Counted from the stretch's first letter, positions 8,334 to 18,143 are shown. The stretch is DNA of 64,000 nucleotides from Planctomycetota bacterium (GCA_044222185.1 JBGANV010000002.1:544001-608000); one strand, 5' to 3'. The notes: generated by a model from the letters alone, not told the origin. Translations and numbers: made by a program.

Positions 8334-10151
8334 ATGAGTCGCTCGACACTCTGCGTCCTCGCGATCGTCACACTCCTGCTCGGCTCTCCGCTCACCGCGC
8401 AGTCGACCTGGGGCCGGCGCATGGTGACGGAGGGCGGACGGTCAATGCTGGTCGACGATCGCGATGCCCTCTTCCGCCTGATGACCGATCGGATCGGGAG
8501 CGGCGATGCCGACGAGCCCGCGATCTACCCGACGCTCGGCAAACTCGTGGCAGCCGCAAAGCCGGGCGAAACGGTGATCCAGTCGGTCGCGGTCCTCATG
8601 GCGGAGTCGAAGCGATTCGACGACCGCCTCGTCGCGACGATCGACCTGCTCCTCGAGCGGGGCTGGCCCGGCGGGCCCATGGGCAAGGCGGCGTTTCTCG
8701 CCGCGTTCGCCGACGCCCTGAACCGCGCGGCAGCGATCTCGGGCGACGGCGCGGCGGGAGACGAGGCGCTCGCGCGCGTCTGGGCCGCGCGAAGGCTCGG
8801 CGGAACCTCGGAGGAAGTCCCCGCTCGGGTCGCCGGTCGGGCGTCGGATCTCGTCGCCGCGTTCGACGCGAACGCGCTGATGAGCAAGCCCATCGGCTTC
8901 TACGAATGGACAGATGAACTGTCGCACCTGTTTCGCCAGGACCGCTTCCTGCAGCAGTCCGTCGACATGAAGGCGAATGGTGGGGCGTGGCTCACCGAAG
9001 CGTCGCGTGTCCTGTTGGAGGAGCCGGCGCTCCACGGTGCGTATTCCGCGTGGCGCAGGGTTGCGACGACGCTCTCGAATCCCCTCGCCATGGCGTCGCT
9101 CACGGATCTGAGCGCCGCGCCGCGTTCCGAGGCTGCGTTCTTCCCGCCGAGTCGGTCTCACGAGGCGGAGCTGCTCGTGAAGCTGTATGGCAACCGTCCC
9201 ATCCCGGACGGGCATGTGTTCATGGACGACCTCGTCGCTGGGATCCGAAGAGGCGCGGTCGACCTCACGCCGCAGGCGTCGTCCGGTTGGTACGACTGGC
9301 AAGGCTGGGCGCTGGAGCCGTTGATCCGGCGCAGCACGTCGCCGGAGGAGAAGAAGGTCGACTGGGAGTCGGGGTACGCGAAGCATTGCGAAGCGGTGTT
9401 TCGTGCGTTGCTGACGCAACGTCGCGAGACACATGCCAAGCAGCTTCTTTCTCCGCCCTGCGGCGGGTCGGCGGGCACGCGACGCGTCGTGATCCACGTG
9501 GCGCCGAGACTGACGGTCGAGCCGCACGTGACGCTTTACCGCCGGACGTCCGAGTCGTACGCGTTCGTTCGCAGGAGTCTCGAGCGACTCCTCGGACGTG
9601 ACGTGCTTGCGACGACGCGTCTCGTCTCGGCCGACGGAGCCGTCGGCGAAACGGTTCTTGGCGGACTGGAACGGCAAGAGCGTTGGTTCGCCGATCTCGC
9701 CGCCCTCGCGTGCCGCGAAGTCGGCGGGGAGGTCCGGTGGCTCGGTCAGGGCCTCGATGAAGCGGCAGCACTCCGCAGCGCGGATCGCGCGGCGGCAGCC
9801 CTGTCTGCGGGCCTCACCGCCGACGACCTCGCCCACGATCCACGCGTGATGGTTCCCGTCGGCTTCGACCTCGGGCGGAAGGAGGTCCGTTGCTGGGCCG
9901 TCGTCGGCGTCGCCACCTGCGAAGTCACCGCGTTCTATGCGCGGCCCCCCGAGTGCCGTTTGGAACCGTCCGCCACGGAGCGCGCTTCCGACGCCGTCAC
10001 CTCGTTCGCTACCGCCGTTCTCTCCGTGCCCTACGAAGTCCAGATCGAGTGCTCGCTGAAGCAACCGCTCACGCGCACCGAGCTGCGCAAACTCTGCGAC
10101 GCCTGCACGACGCTCGATCAGATCAAGAGGGCGCTGGGGGCGGTGAGGTAG
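8334..10151 (+). CDS. Secreted hypothetical protein, possibly distant DUF3160-like
   Basis: Signal peptide MSRSTLCVLAIVTLLLGSPLTA-Q. Motifs KPIGFYEW, GWYDWQGWAL and RETHAKQ are reminiscent of DUF3160; the family call is weak. Confidence 0.6.
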   Translation: MSRSTLCVLAIVTLLLGSPLTAQSTWGRRMVTEGGRSMLVDDRDALFRLMTDRIGSGDADEPAIYPTLGKLVAAAKPGETVIQSVAVLMAESKRFDDRLVATIDLLLERGWPGGPMGKAAFLAAFADALNRAAAISGDGAAGDEALARVWAARRLGGTSEEVPARVAGRASDLVAAFDANALMSKPIGFYEWTDELSHLFRQDRFLQQSVDMKANGGAWLTEASRVLLEEPALHGAYSAWRRVATTLSNPLAMASLTDLSAAPRSEAAFFPPSRSHEAELLVKLYGNRPIPDGHVFMDDLVAGIRRGAVDLTPQASSGWYDWQGWALEPLIRRSTSPEEKKVDWESGYAKHCEAVFRALLTQRRETHAKQLLSPPCGGSAGTRRVVIHVAPRLTVEPHVTLYRRTSESYAFVRRSLERLLGRDVLATTRLVSADGAVGETVLGGLERQERWFADLAALACREVGGEVRWLGQGLDEAAALRSADRAAAALSAGLTADDLAHDPRVMVPVGFDLGRKEVRCWAVVGVATCEVTAFYARPPECRLEPSATERASDAVTSFATAVLSVPYEVQIECSLKQPLTRTELRKLCDACTTLDQIKRALGAVR

Positions 10152-10268
10152 TGTTGGCGTGACACGAACACCTCATTCGAGGTTCGATCCGTGCGAGGAG
10201 TTCAGGACCTGATCACCCGTCACCGACCACGCCACCAGACCTGCGACGGATGATCCTCACGTCCGCCC

Positions 10269-10739
10269 TCACTTCGTCACCGGCCGCTGCGATGCCGCCA
10301 TCAGCGCGGCGACGTGGCGCTGGAAGTCGTCGTGCATGATCTTCATGGACGGACTCGTGAACATCTTGCGGAAGCCGGTCTCGCGCACCATGGAGTGCAT
10401 GCGGTTCGTCCAGCTCGCGAAGTAGTCGTCGGGGATCTGGCCGTGACGATGGGAGAACCACGCGATCTCGAAGAGCGAGAGCTGCATGAGATTCATGTAG
10501 TACTCGCGGACCTCCTGCGGCGTCGTGAAGTCCTCATCTTCGCGGTCGACCTCGGCCAGCGTGGGGTCGTCCACGCGCATGCGCCGAAGCTGCATCTGGA
10601 GCTCGACCAGCTTGGCGAAGTTCGCCACGTGTTGCGCCTTGCGGGCATCACGGAACTGGATGGCCGTGTAGATGAGACCTCCAGCGATGGCGAACGCGCT
10701 GAGGCCCTGCAGGATGATCTGGTAGTGGATGGGTTCCAT
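10269..10739 (-). CDS. Small membrane-anchored protein (DUF4760/DUF6082-like)
   Basis: N-terminal TM (IILQGLSAFAIAGGLIYTAIQ) then a helical domain. Strong GC3 codon bias. Confidence 0.7.
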   Translation of the reverse strand: MEPIHYQIILQGLSAFAIAGGLIYTAIQFRDARKAQHVANFAKLVELQMQLRRMRVDDPTLAEVDREDEDFTTPQEVREYYMNLMQLSLFEIAWFSHRHGQIPDDYFASWTNRMHSMVRETGFRKMFTSPSMKIMHDDFQRHVAALMAASQRPVTK

Positions 10740-10870
10740 GGTGGTTTCGTCGTCGCGGCTCGATCGAGGCGCAGACTGTAGCGGGATGACGCGCGGTTCG
10801 AACGGCGGCGGCGTATACTCGCGCCTCGAACGGAGGTCGTCGCATGGCACGGGATGAAGCGTCGCTCGGG

Positions 10871-12175
10871 ATGCGGTTGGTGTTCGCGGTCACGTTGGTC
10901 GCGAGTCTCGGCGTCCAGGCACAGAAGCCGGCGGGAGATCCCAAACCGGCCGGCGGAGCCGCACCGAAGGATGCCGCCGAGGTGATCGACACCATGCGCA
11001 CGACGCTCCTCGGCGCGAAGTCCGTGAGCTTCCACACGAAGTTCACGAGCGGGTTCGGGCCCATCGTGGCGCTCGGCGCCGACCTGCAGGCGACCGTTCG
11101 ACGGAGCGACGACGGCGCCATGACCGGCCTGCGCATGACCGGGAAGTTCCTGCCCGGCGGGCCCAACTTCGATGCGGCCTCCGACGGGACGCGCGTCCGC
11201 GCCATCGATCGCGACGCGAAGATCTACGAAGACGGTCCGTTCAGCGCCGACGCCATGGCCATGCAACCGCCGGGCATGGGCGGCGGACTCCCCATGCTGC
11301 TCTGGGCGTTCCCCGTCGAGTTCCTGCAAACGAAAGACCTGGCGATCCAGGAGGGCGACACGGCGCAGTTGAAGCCGCCGGTGACGATGGACGGCGTCCT
11401 GTGCGACGTCGTCGAAGTCGCACGCAAGGTGGAGATCAAGGGCATCCCGCCGCACACGACGATCTACATCTACACGGTGGGGCGTGGCGACCACCTGCTT
11501 CGCAAGATGAGCCGCGAGAACGTCACTTCCGAGCCGGGAAGTCTCCGCAGCCCGATCCCTCGCGAGTTCAACCAGTGGAAGGTGAACCCGGCCGTCGATG
11601 ACGCGACGTTCACGCTCGACGTCAGCGGACTGAAGGAAGGCGAGTTCCGCGTGAAGGGGCCGGGCTCGGGCGGCATGGACGGGCCTCCCGGCGGCATGCC
11701 CGCGGGACTCGGCAAGAGCGGTCCGTCGTTCGGTCTGAAGGCCGGCGACAAACCCTCGGACTTCGCGTTGAAGGACACGAGCGGCAAGGAGCAGAAGCTC
11801 GCGGCCTACGCCAAGAAGACGCTGATCGTGTGCTTCACCGAAGCATCCGACGCATCGGCCGAGGGGTTCGTCGGCAAGCTGAAGGCGAAGGTCGGCGACA
11901 AGGCGTCGCTTCTCGAACTGGTCGTGGACCACGGGTCTCCACCGGACACGAAGAGGATGAAGACGCCGGCGTGGCCGCGCTGCCTGTCGGCTGACGGTGT
12001 GGACGATGCGTGGAGCATCAACCTGTTTCCCATGCTCGTCGTGATCGGGGGAGATGGGAAGGTCGTGACGTCGATGCCCACGGGCCTTTCCGGCGGCGTG
12101 CCCGTCGACACCGTGATCGAAGGGTTCACGAAGAAGCTCAACGCCTACCTGAAGAACCCCGCGAAGGGCTGGTGA
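10871..12175 (+). CDS. Secreted protein with LolA/DUF2092-like N-domain and degenerate thioredoxin-like C-domain
   Basis: Signal peptide. ASDG..V..ID...K.Y and NP.VDDATF features. C-terminal GDKPSDFALKD...WSINLFPMLVVIGGDGKV lacks CxxC. Confidence 0.65.
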   Translation: MRLVFAVTLVASLGVQAQKPAGDPKPAGGAAPKDAAEVIDTMRTTLLGAKSVSFHTKFTSGFGPIVALGADLQATVRRSDDGAMTGLRMTGKFLPGGPNFDAASDGTRVRAIDRDAKIYEDGPFSADAMAMQPPGMGGGLPMLLWAFPVEFLQTKDLAIQEGDTAQLKPPVTMDGVLCDVVEVARKVEIKGIPPHTTIYIYTVGRGDHLLRKMSRENVTSEPGSLRSPIPREFNQWKVNPAVDDATFTLDVSGLKEGEFRVKGPGSGGMDGPPGGMPAGLGKSGPSFGLKAGDKPSDFALKDTSGKEQKLAAYAKKTLIVCFTEASDASAEGFVGKLKAKVGDKASLLELVVDHGSPPDTKRMKTPAWPRCLSADGVDDAWSINLFPMLVVIGGDGKVVTSMPTGLSGGVPVDTVIEGFTKKLNAYLKNPAKGW

Positions 12176-12513
12176 TGGCGCGGATCACTGCGGCGGCGTT
12201 TCGGAAGGCGGCGATGGCGATGCCGGAGGCGATCGAGGCGCCGCACTTCGAGCGCACGTCGTTTCGCGTGGGAAAGAAGATCTTCGCCACGATGACGGCC
12301 GACGGGACCGAGGCCATGGTGAAGGTCACGCCGAAGGAGCGGGTTCACGCGCTGCTCGACGCCCATCCGGGCGCGTTCTTCAGCTACGGCGGATGGACCG
12401 AGCGCCTCGGCGCTCTCGGCATCCGTCTGGGGAAGGCCGATTCCGCCATCGTGCGAGCACTCCTGATCGACGCGTGGCGTCAGGCCGCGCCGAAACGCCT
12501 CAGGTCGGAATGA
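12175..12513 (+). CDS. MmcQ/YjbR family DNA-binding protein
   Basis: AMAMPEAIEAPHFERTSFRVGKKIFA...LLIDAWRQAAPKRL. TGATG overlap with the upstream gene. Confidence 0.88.
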   Translation: MARITAAAFRKAAMAMPEAIEAPHFERTSFRVGKKIFATMTADGTEAMVKVTPKERVHALLDAHPGAFFSYGGWTERLGALGIRLGKADSAIVRALLIDAWRQAAPKRLRSE

Positions 12514-12521
12514 CGCCGTGA

Positions 12522-12608
12522 GTGGCGCGAACTCCGCCGCAGCCCCATAATCGTCGCCACATCGAGGAGACCGCCACGCGGGTTCGAACGCGGGCGGGAG
12601 TTCGCCAC
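12522..12608. repeat. Imperfect intergenic inverted repeat (about 87 bp)
   Basis: GTGGCGCGAACTCCGCCGC at 12522 versus the reverse complement of GCGGGCGGGAGTTCGCCAC ending at 12608. Confidence 0.55.
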
Positions 12609-12627
12609 ATAGGCACGAGGAGACGTC

Positions 12628-13947
12628 ATGGCTCATCGTTCGGCGGCGATACGGGCGGCGATTCTGATCGGCATTCTGGCGTGGGGTGGGCGAGCGCAGG
12701 CTCCGGCCGTCGGCGACGTGGCTCCATCATTCGAGCTGGAAGCGTGGACGAACCTGCCGGCGAACCTGAAGGTGCCGACGGCGGATGCGCTCAAGGGTCG
12801 CGTCGTCCTCATCGAGTTCTGGGGCACGTGGTGCGCGCCGTGCGTGCGCGCGATGCCGCGGATCCAAGCGTTGCACGACCGGTTCAAGGATCGCGGGCTG
12901 ACGGTCCTCGGCATCTCCTACGAGCCGCTCGACAAGACGAAGCCGTTCGTCCAGAAGGAGGGATACTCGTTCGCCATCGGGTCCGATCCGGCGAAACGCG
13001 TGGTGGAGGCCTACGGCGTGCGGAGCTGGCCCACGTCGATCGTGATCGGGAAGGACGGCAAGGTCGCGCACGTCGGCGATCCGTATTCGGCCGAGACCGC
13101 CGTGGAGTCGGCGCTCGGTCTCGAGACCAAGGCGGCGAAGATCCTCACGAACGCGCTGGATGCGCTCGCGTCGAAGGATAAGAAGCGGATCCGCGAGGAG
13201 CTGGGGCGCATCGCCGAGAAGGAAACGCTCGAGCTCGACCTGAAGGCTTGGGCGTTGGAGTTGGGCGGTGCGGCGAAGGGCGACGAGAAGCCGTCGACCT
13301 CGTTCGACGCACACGCCGAGCTGGCGAAGCTGGCGCAGGCCTGGATCGCCAAGGACGAAGCCCGCAAGAAGGCGCTGCTCGATCTCCTCGCCGGGAAGGC
13401 GCCGGTGGAGTTCGATGCGACACCGTGGGCGAAGAAGGCCTATGGCAAGGAGGTGCCGATCACGAAGGAGGAATATGCGGCGCTGTTGAAGGCTCAGCGC
13501 TACGACGAGGCCGTCGACGTCTTGTATCTGCGGTCGCCGCCGCCCGCGGTCGTCGCCGCGGCGACTCAGGACAAGGGACTCAAGGAGCACTGCGGCAAGA
13601 AGGCCGCCGATGCGCGACTCGAGGCGAAGAAGGCCCTGATGTGCGGCGACTACGTGCTGGCGGGGCGACAACCGAAGGACAACGACGGTTACTGGAAGGA
13701 GCTGTCGGTGTCCGGCATGCGGACGTCCGAGGATCGCAAGCGCATCACCGGCGTGCTGCTCGGTGATGGCACCGTCGGCGTGTCGAACGCTGCCTTCTAC
13801 GTCGAGCGGCATCTCGCTCGCTCGTTCGTGATGGAGGCTCTCTCGGCGGGAAAGGAGCCGTCCATCGGCGCGCTCCCCGAAAAGGTTCGCAAGGAGCGCG
13901 ACGAGATGCGAAAGGTGCTGGATCGGAAGTACGCGCCCGATCCCTGA
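12628..13947 (+). CDS. TlpA/ResA-like thiol-disulfide oxidoreductase with C-terminal helical extension
   Basis: AGGAG RBS, signal peptide, GRVVLIEFWGTWCAPC, cis-Pro motif VRSWPTSIVIGKDGKV. Confidence 0.88.
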   Translation: MAHRSAAIRAAILIGILAWGGRAQAPAVGDVAPSFELEAWTNLPANLKVPTADALKGRVVLIEFWGTWCAPCVRAMPRIQALHDRFKDRGLTVLGISYEPLDKTKPFVQKEGYSFAIGSDPAKRVVEAYGVRSWPTSIVIGKDGKVAHVGDPYSAETAVESALGLETKAAKILTNALDALASKDKKRIREELGRIAEKETLELDLKAWALELGGAAKGDEKPSTSFDAHAELAKLAQAWIAKDEARKKALLDLLAGKAPVEFDATPWAKKAYGKEVPITKEEYAALLKAQRYDEAVDVLYLRSPPPAVVAAATQDKGLKEHCGKKAADARLEAKKALMCGDYVLAGRQPKDNDGYWKELSVSGMRTSEDRKRITGVLLGDGTVGVSNAAFYVERHLARSFVMEALSAGKEPSIGALPEKVRKERDEMRKVLDRKYAPDP

Positions 13948-13962
13948 TCGGCCACGGAGACG

Positions 13963-15366
13963 TCACACTCCGAGCACGAGCGCCAGGGCGTTCGTCAGCG
14001 TGAGTCCGAGCGGTGCGCCGCCGTCGATCGTGACGGCTTGAACCGCCGGGGCCAGGCCCGCGACGCCCGGGTCCGGGGGAATGGGAACCGGGAAGGCGAC
14101 GCTGCCCGTGGGATTGGCCGTCCCCGCGAGGATCGGGTTCAGTCCGGCGTTGATGAAGCCCACGAGGCTCGGGACGTCGACCCAGATCGAGCAGCCTCCG
14201 CCGATCGGTGTTGGCGGTGCGATCGTCGCTGAAAGGAAGACCGCCACGCCAGCCGATGGGAGCGCGCCGCCGATGGCAAGTCCGAAACCGGCGTTGCCGA
14301 GCGTGGGCGTCCCGATGGCGGAGAGGACGGGCGTGTTCGCCGCGCTCCCCGTGCATCCCGATCCGTGCGGCAAGGCGACCGCGATCGGGTAGCCGACGAT
14401 GGGCGCACGGAAGACCGCGATGCGCACCGACGCAACCGTCACGCCGTGTCCCGTAGCCGGTCCGAATGCGATCGTCGCGGCACTGGGCCCGCTGGGCGCG
14501 TTGGCGACGACGACGTTGTCGTTGTTCGTCTGCACGCCGAAGGGAACGCCGCCGATGACGGCGCCACCGACGGCCACGCCGTACACGAGGCCCGTGGTCG
14601 GTTCGAACTTCGCTTCGCCGGTTCCAGTGATCTCCGGCGCGTCCATCACGGGGTTCTGGAGCAGCCCGGAGAACGACCATCGCGTCACGGATCCTGCAGT
14701 CGCGCTTCCCGCCGAGAGGAAGATGTCGCCGGACATGGGGCTCACGGCGAGGCCATTGCGGTTCGTCGGGCCGCCGACGAGCCGGTCCGGCGCGGGCGCA
14801 GTTGCGCCACTGCTCACGAACCACGTGGCGGTCGCCGAGGTGACGAGTACGTTCCCTCCCGGGAGCGCCGCGATGGCTGCGGCGGAGGTCTGGCCCGTGG
14901 CGAAGGCCTGCAATGTCGAGCCGACCCCGATGGGGGCCGCAAGTCGCATGATGTCGCCGTTGCCAAAGAGCACGTAGACGTCACCGCTCACGACGTCGGC
15001 GTCCAGATCGCGGACCTGTTTCGACGGCCCGTTCACGATCAGCGTGGACGTGGGGTTGGATAGCGACGCGGAGAAATCGAGCAGGTAGATCGAGTATCCG
15101 ACGACGGCGCCGAGGGGAGCCTGCGCGGTGCTCATGAGGGCGAAGTTCGACCCCGGCAAGTGCTCGATCTGGCGGCTCGTCGCGGTCGTGCTCAGGCTCG
15201 TTCCGACAGGTGCTGTGAATGGGGTCGAGCTGGAACCGCGGATGTGGACGGCGGTGCTGATGCCGGCCAGCAGGACATCGCCGGGTTGGAGCTGGGCACT
15301 CGCGGCGCAAGCGAGGATCACGGCGGTCGAAAGGAAGCGCAGGATCGGGACGGCGGTTTTCGTCAT
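13963..15366 (-). CDS. Secreted beta-propeller-like protein with shared C-terminal domain
   Basis: Signal peptide (...ACAASA-Q), beta-rich repeats, C-terminus IPPDPGVAGLAPAVQAV...TNALALVLGV. Confidence 0.75.
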   Translation of the reverse strand: MTKTAVPILRFLSTAVILACAASAQLQPGDVLLAGISTAVHIRGSSSTPFTAPVGTSLSTTATSRQIEHLPGSNFALMSTAQAPLGAVVGYSIYLLDFSASLSNPTSTLIVNGPSKQVRDLDADVVSGDVYVLFGNGDIMRLAAPIGVGSTLQAFATGQTSAAAIAALPGGNVLVTSATATWFVSSGATAPAPDRLVGGPTNRNGLAVSPMSGDIFLSAGSATAGSVTRWSFSGLLQNPVMDAPEITGTGEAKFEPTTGLVYGVAVGGAVIGGVPFGVQTNNDNVVVANAPSGPSAATIAFGPATGHGVTVASVRIAVFRAPIVGYPIAVALPHGSGCTGSAANTPVLSAIGTPTLGNAGFGLAIGGALPSAGVAVFLSATIAPPTPIGGGCSIWVDVPSLVGFINAGLNPILAGTANPTGSVAFPVPIPPDPGVAGLAPAVQAVTIDGGAPLGLTLTNALALVLGV

Positions 15367-15534
15367 GACGGCAACCCTCGGGGCAGGCTCGGGGGATCGT
15401 ACACGCAGAAATCCGGGCGTGGGTGGGGAACCTCCGGGCTCCGCGCCTCAGCCGGTGTGACGAGTTAAGTTCCCCGCCGCTCGGACCGTCGTGGCGCACG
15501 TGCGCCCGATCTCGGTGACTGGAAGATCGACTCG

Positions 15535-16248
15535 ATGAATTTGGACGCCGTTTCCTGGAATCTGATCGGGGCTGCGGTGGTGATCGCCATCACCCACACC
15601 GCGCTCGGTCCGGACCATTTTCTTCCGTTCATCATGCTGTCGAGGGCGCGGCGGTGGAGCGTCGCTCGGACGCTCTGGATCACCGCGGGATGCGGAGTGG
15701 CGCACGTGTCCTCGTCGCTGATGCTCGGGGTCGTCGGCGTCGCGGTCGGGATGGGGGTTGGCGCCATCCACGGGCTGGAAGATGTACGCGGGACGCTGGC
15801 GGGTTGGGCCATGCTCGCGTTTGGCCTGGCCTACGGGACGTGGGGGGTGCGGCGCGCGGTGCGCCACCAAGACGGCGTCGAGCTGCACGATCACGGCGGG
15901 CACGTTCACGTTCACCACGATGGCGGACCCGGGCACGTCCACGAAGGGCGACCGACTGCCGATCGGAACACGGCGTTCTGGACACTTTTCATTCTGTTCG
16001 TCCTCGGACCATGCGAGCCGTTGGTTCCATTGGTGATCCTGCCCGCGAGCCAGGGGCGCTGGCAGTTGGCGGGCCTCGTCTCGGCTGTGTTCGCCGCTGC
16101 AACCGTCGTCACGATGCTCGTCATCGTGGCGCTGGCGCACGCGGGCCTGGCGCACGTGCGCCGGGGGCGTCTGGAGCGCTGGTCGCACTCGCTGGCCGGA
16201 GCCGTGATCGCTGCGTCGGGTGCCGGGATGGTCTTCCTGGGAATGTGA
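15535..16248 (+). CDS. Nickel/cobalt transporter-like membrane protein (NiCoT/RcnA/UreH-like)
   Basis: About 6 TM. HTALGPDH resembles the NiCoT HxxxxDH signature; His-rich loop HDHGGHVHVHH; GPCEP motif. Confidence 0.75.
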   Translation: MNLDAVSWNLIGAAVVIAITHTALGPDHFLPFIMLSRARRWSVARTLWITAGCGVAHVSSSLMLGVVGVAVGMGVGAIHGLEDVRGTLAGWAMLAFGLAYGTWGVRRAVRHQDGVELHDHGGHVHVHHDGGPGHVHEGRPTADRNTAFWTLFILFVLGPCEPLVPLVILPASQGRWQLAGLVSAVFAAATVVTMLVIVALAHAGLAHVRRGRLERWSHSLAGAVIAASGAGMVFLGM

Positions 16249-16611
16249 CGCGCTCCGGTGCGCCCGGCCATGGGGGCGGCGCGCGGCATAGAACGCGCGA
16301 ACGTCGATGTCCATTTCTCGCACGCTCGCGGACCGGGCGGCGCGAACGCCAGCGTCCAGCAGTGTTGCGACGGACACGCAGGGTCGGAGGTGGAAGTCCG
16401 CAAGCGGGCGCCGGGTCCGCGCCCGGGGAGCCAAGGCTCCTCCTCACGCCCGACAGGGCGTCGAGGCCGACTGCCACGGTTCATTCGAGGCGCTGGTCGT
16501 CGGCGAGTGCCACGTCGCTCGCCGAGCCGTAGCGACCGAAGGGTGGCGCACACCCTCAGACGATCCGCCCTGATTCCGATCGCAGTCCCGCGCGTCGTGA
16601 CGCGCCGCACC

Positions 16612-16926
16612 TGGCGCGCGTGCGCCACTCAGCGATCCTCCAGCGGACGTCGGGCGTGACGATCGATCGGGGGACTGAGGCGTCGGTCGTCGGGCGCGCG
16701 GGACCGTCGGCGATCTTTGGCGCACGTGCGCCAGGACCGTGCGCCGGACCGTGCGCCAGGACCGTGCGCCACTCGGCCAGATTTCGGCGGGTGGCGGGCG
16801 TGACGAGAAACCAGCCAACTGCGGCGTCCGTCGTCGAGCATGTGGGGGCTTCGGCGATCGGTGGCGCGCGTGCGCCAGTCGGCGCGTTGGGCCATGCATC
16901 AAACCATGCGCCGGGCCATGCGCCGG
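16612..16926. repeat. REP/BIME-like cluster of TGGCGCRCGTGCGCCA palindromes with related spacers and short tandem repeats
   Basis: Palindromes at 16612, 16718 (perfect 16-bp) and 16862. Spacers share CGGGCGTGACGA, GGCGTCSGTCGTCG and TCGGCGATC. GGACCGTGCGCC occurs three times at about 16735-16770. Lies between convergent genes. Confidence 0.8.
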
Positions 16927-16960
16927 CAGTCGTCGAAGCCGACGAACCTTCGGCGCGGGG

Positions 16961-17971
16961 TTACCGCCCCCTGACCTTCTTCGCCCCGGCGAGAAACACC
17001 TCCCAATCGAAAGCGGGGCCGGGGTCGTACTTCTGATCGTCCAGGTGATAGTGACCGACGATCCCTTCGAACGACGATCGCAAGGGTTCGACGAGCTCAT
17101 TCGTGACGACCTTGCCCGATCGGTCGCGCGGCACCTCGAGCTTGATCCGCGGAAACACCGCCCTGAGCCCCGCGGCCAGACGCCACAGGGATTCGTATTG
17201 CGCCTTGGTGAAGTCGTACTGGACGAACTTGGAGCGCTGGATCGTTCCCGACAACAACTGTGGTCGCGCCGGCCTGGGGATCGCATCGCGACGAAACTGA
17301 AGCCCGAGCCGAGCCCGCTCGGGGAAGAGGTTGCGGATCTCGCCGGTCGCGTCGGGCGCATACCACTCTTCGAGAAGTTTGGGCGTCGACATCGCTCCGA
17401 TGTTCGCGATCTCGACGCCGATCGACCGATCGTTCGCGTCCTTGGCGTGGAACGCCCGGTCGCGAAGGTCCAGCGTCTGATAGATCGTCCCATCGAGGTC
17501 GAGCATGAAGTGGACGGAGAGCCCGCGGTTGTCGTGAAGGGCGCGGAAGCAACGCTCAGAACTTCCGACGGCGTCGTAGTGCAGGACGAACTGGTGGATC
17601 TGTTCTCGAAGCTCGGGGAGACCCCATCCATGGTCGCGCAGCCGCCTGAGCGCCGCGGCACCGAGTCCCACGGGCGCACGTGCGCCATACCGCAGGTTCG
17701 AAGCCGCGGGCCGGCTCGCCAGGTCGGACGGCAACTCCTGATTGCTGAAGCGGCACTTCGTCGAATACGCGTTGAACCCGACACGGTCGCTCCAAAGGAT
17801 CACGGGCGTGCCGATGTCGAATCGCTCGTCGCAGACCACGATCGCGGTGGTCGGGATGAAGGGCGGCTCCGGTGGCGGGGCGGGCGCCGGCACCGGTGCC
17901 GGCGTCTTTTTTCCGCATCCTGTGAGGGCGAGGGCGATCAGGAGCGCGAGAGACGGGATGCTGCAACGCAT
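16961..17971 (-). CDS. N-acetylmuramoyl-L-alanine amidase (Amidase_2) lipoprotein
   Basis: Lipobox ALTG-C, Pro linker, Zn-amidase motifs FVLHYD, SVHF, AFHA, NDRSIGVEI, VGHYH...KYDPG. Confidence 0.9.
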   Translation of the reverse strand: MRCSIPSLALLIALALTGCGKKTPAPVPAPAPPPEPPFIPTTAIVVCDERFDIGTPVILWSDRVGFNAYSTKCRFSNQELPSDLASRPAASNLRYGARAPVGLGAAALRRLRDHGWGLPELREQIHQFVLHYDAVGSSERCFRALHDNRGLSVHFMLDLDGTIYQTLDLRDRAFHAKDANDRSIGVEIANIGAMSTPKLLEEWYAPDATGEIRNLFPERARLGLQFRRDAIPRPARPQLLSGTIQRSKFVQYDFTKAQYESLWRLAAGLRAVFPRIKLEVPRDRSGKVVTNELVEPLRSSFEGIVGHYHLDDQKYDPGPAFDWEVFLAGAKKVRGR

Positions 17972-18143
17972 GGCGGTGAAAAGGCCGGCGATTGTAGCCG
18001 GCACGGGTCGGCGGGCACGGAGCGCCATTTCTCGCCGCCCGTAGGGGGAGAGCCACCCTCCGCACGTTCGGTCAGAATGTGTGCATCCCCGTGAAACGTT
18101 CGATCATCGGCGGGATGTCATGAACTGAACCCGGCGTGCACCC

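Noticed and set aside
10152-10268. IS200-like transposase C-terminal remnant (EEF/QDLITRH with a frameshift)
   Set aside because: Too short, needs a frameshift, and there are no HUH or Tyr motifs or IS ends.
15367-15534. NiCo or cobalamin riboswitch upstream of the Ni/Co transporter
   Set aside because: No recognisable consensus elements by eye; a covariance-model scan would be needed to exclude it.
16612-16926. CRISPR array
   Set aside because: Repeats are only 16 bp, spacers are about 90 bp or longer and homologous to each other, and no cas genes are present.
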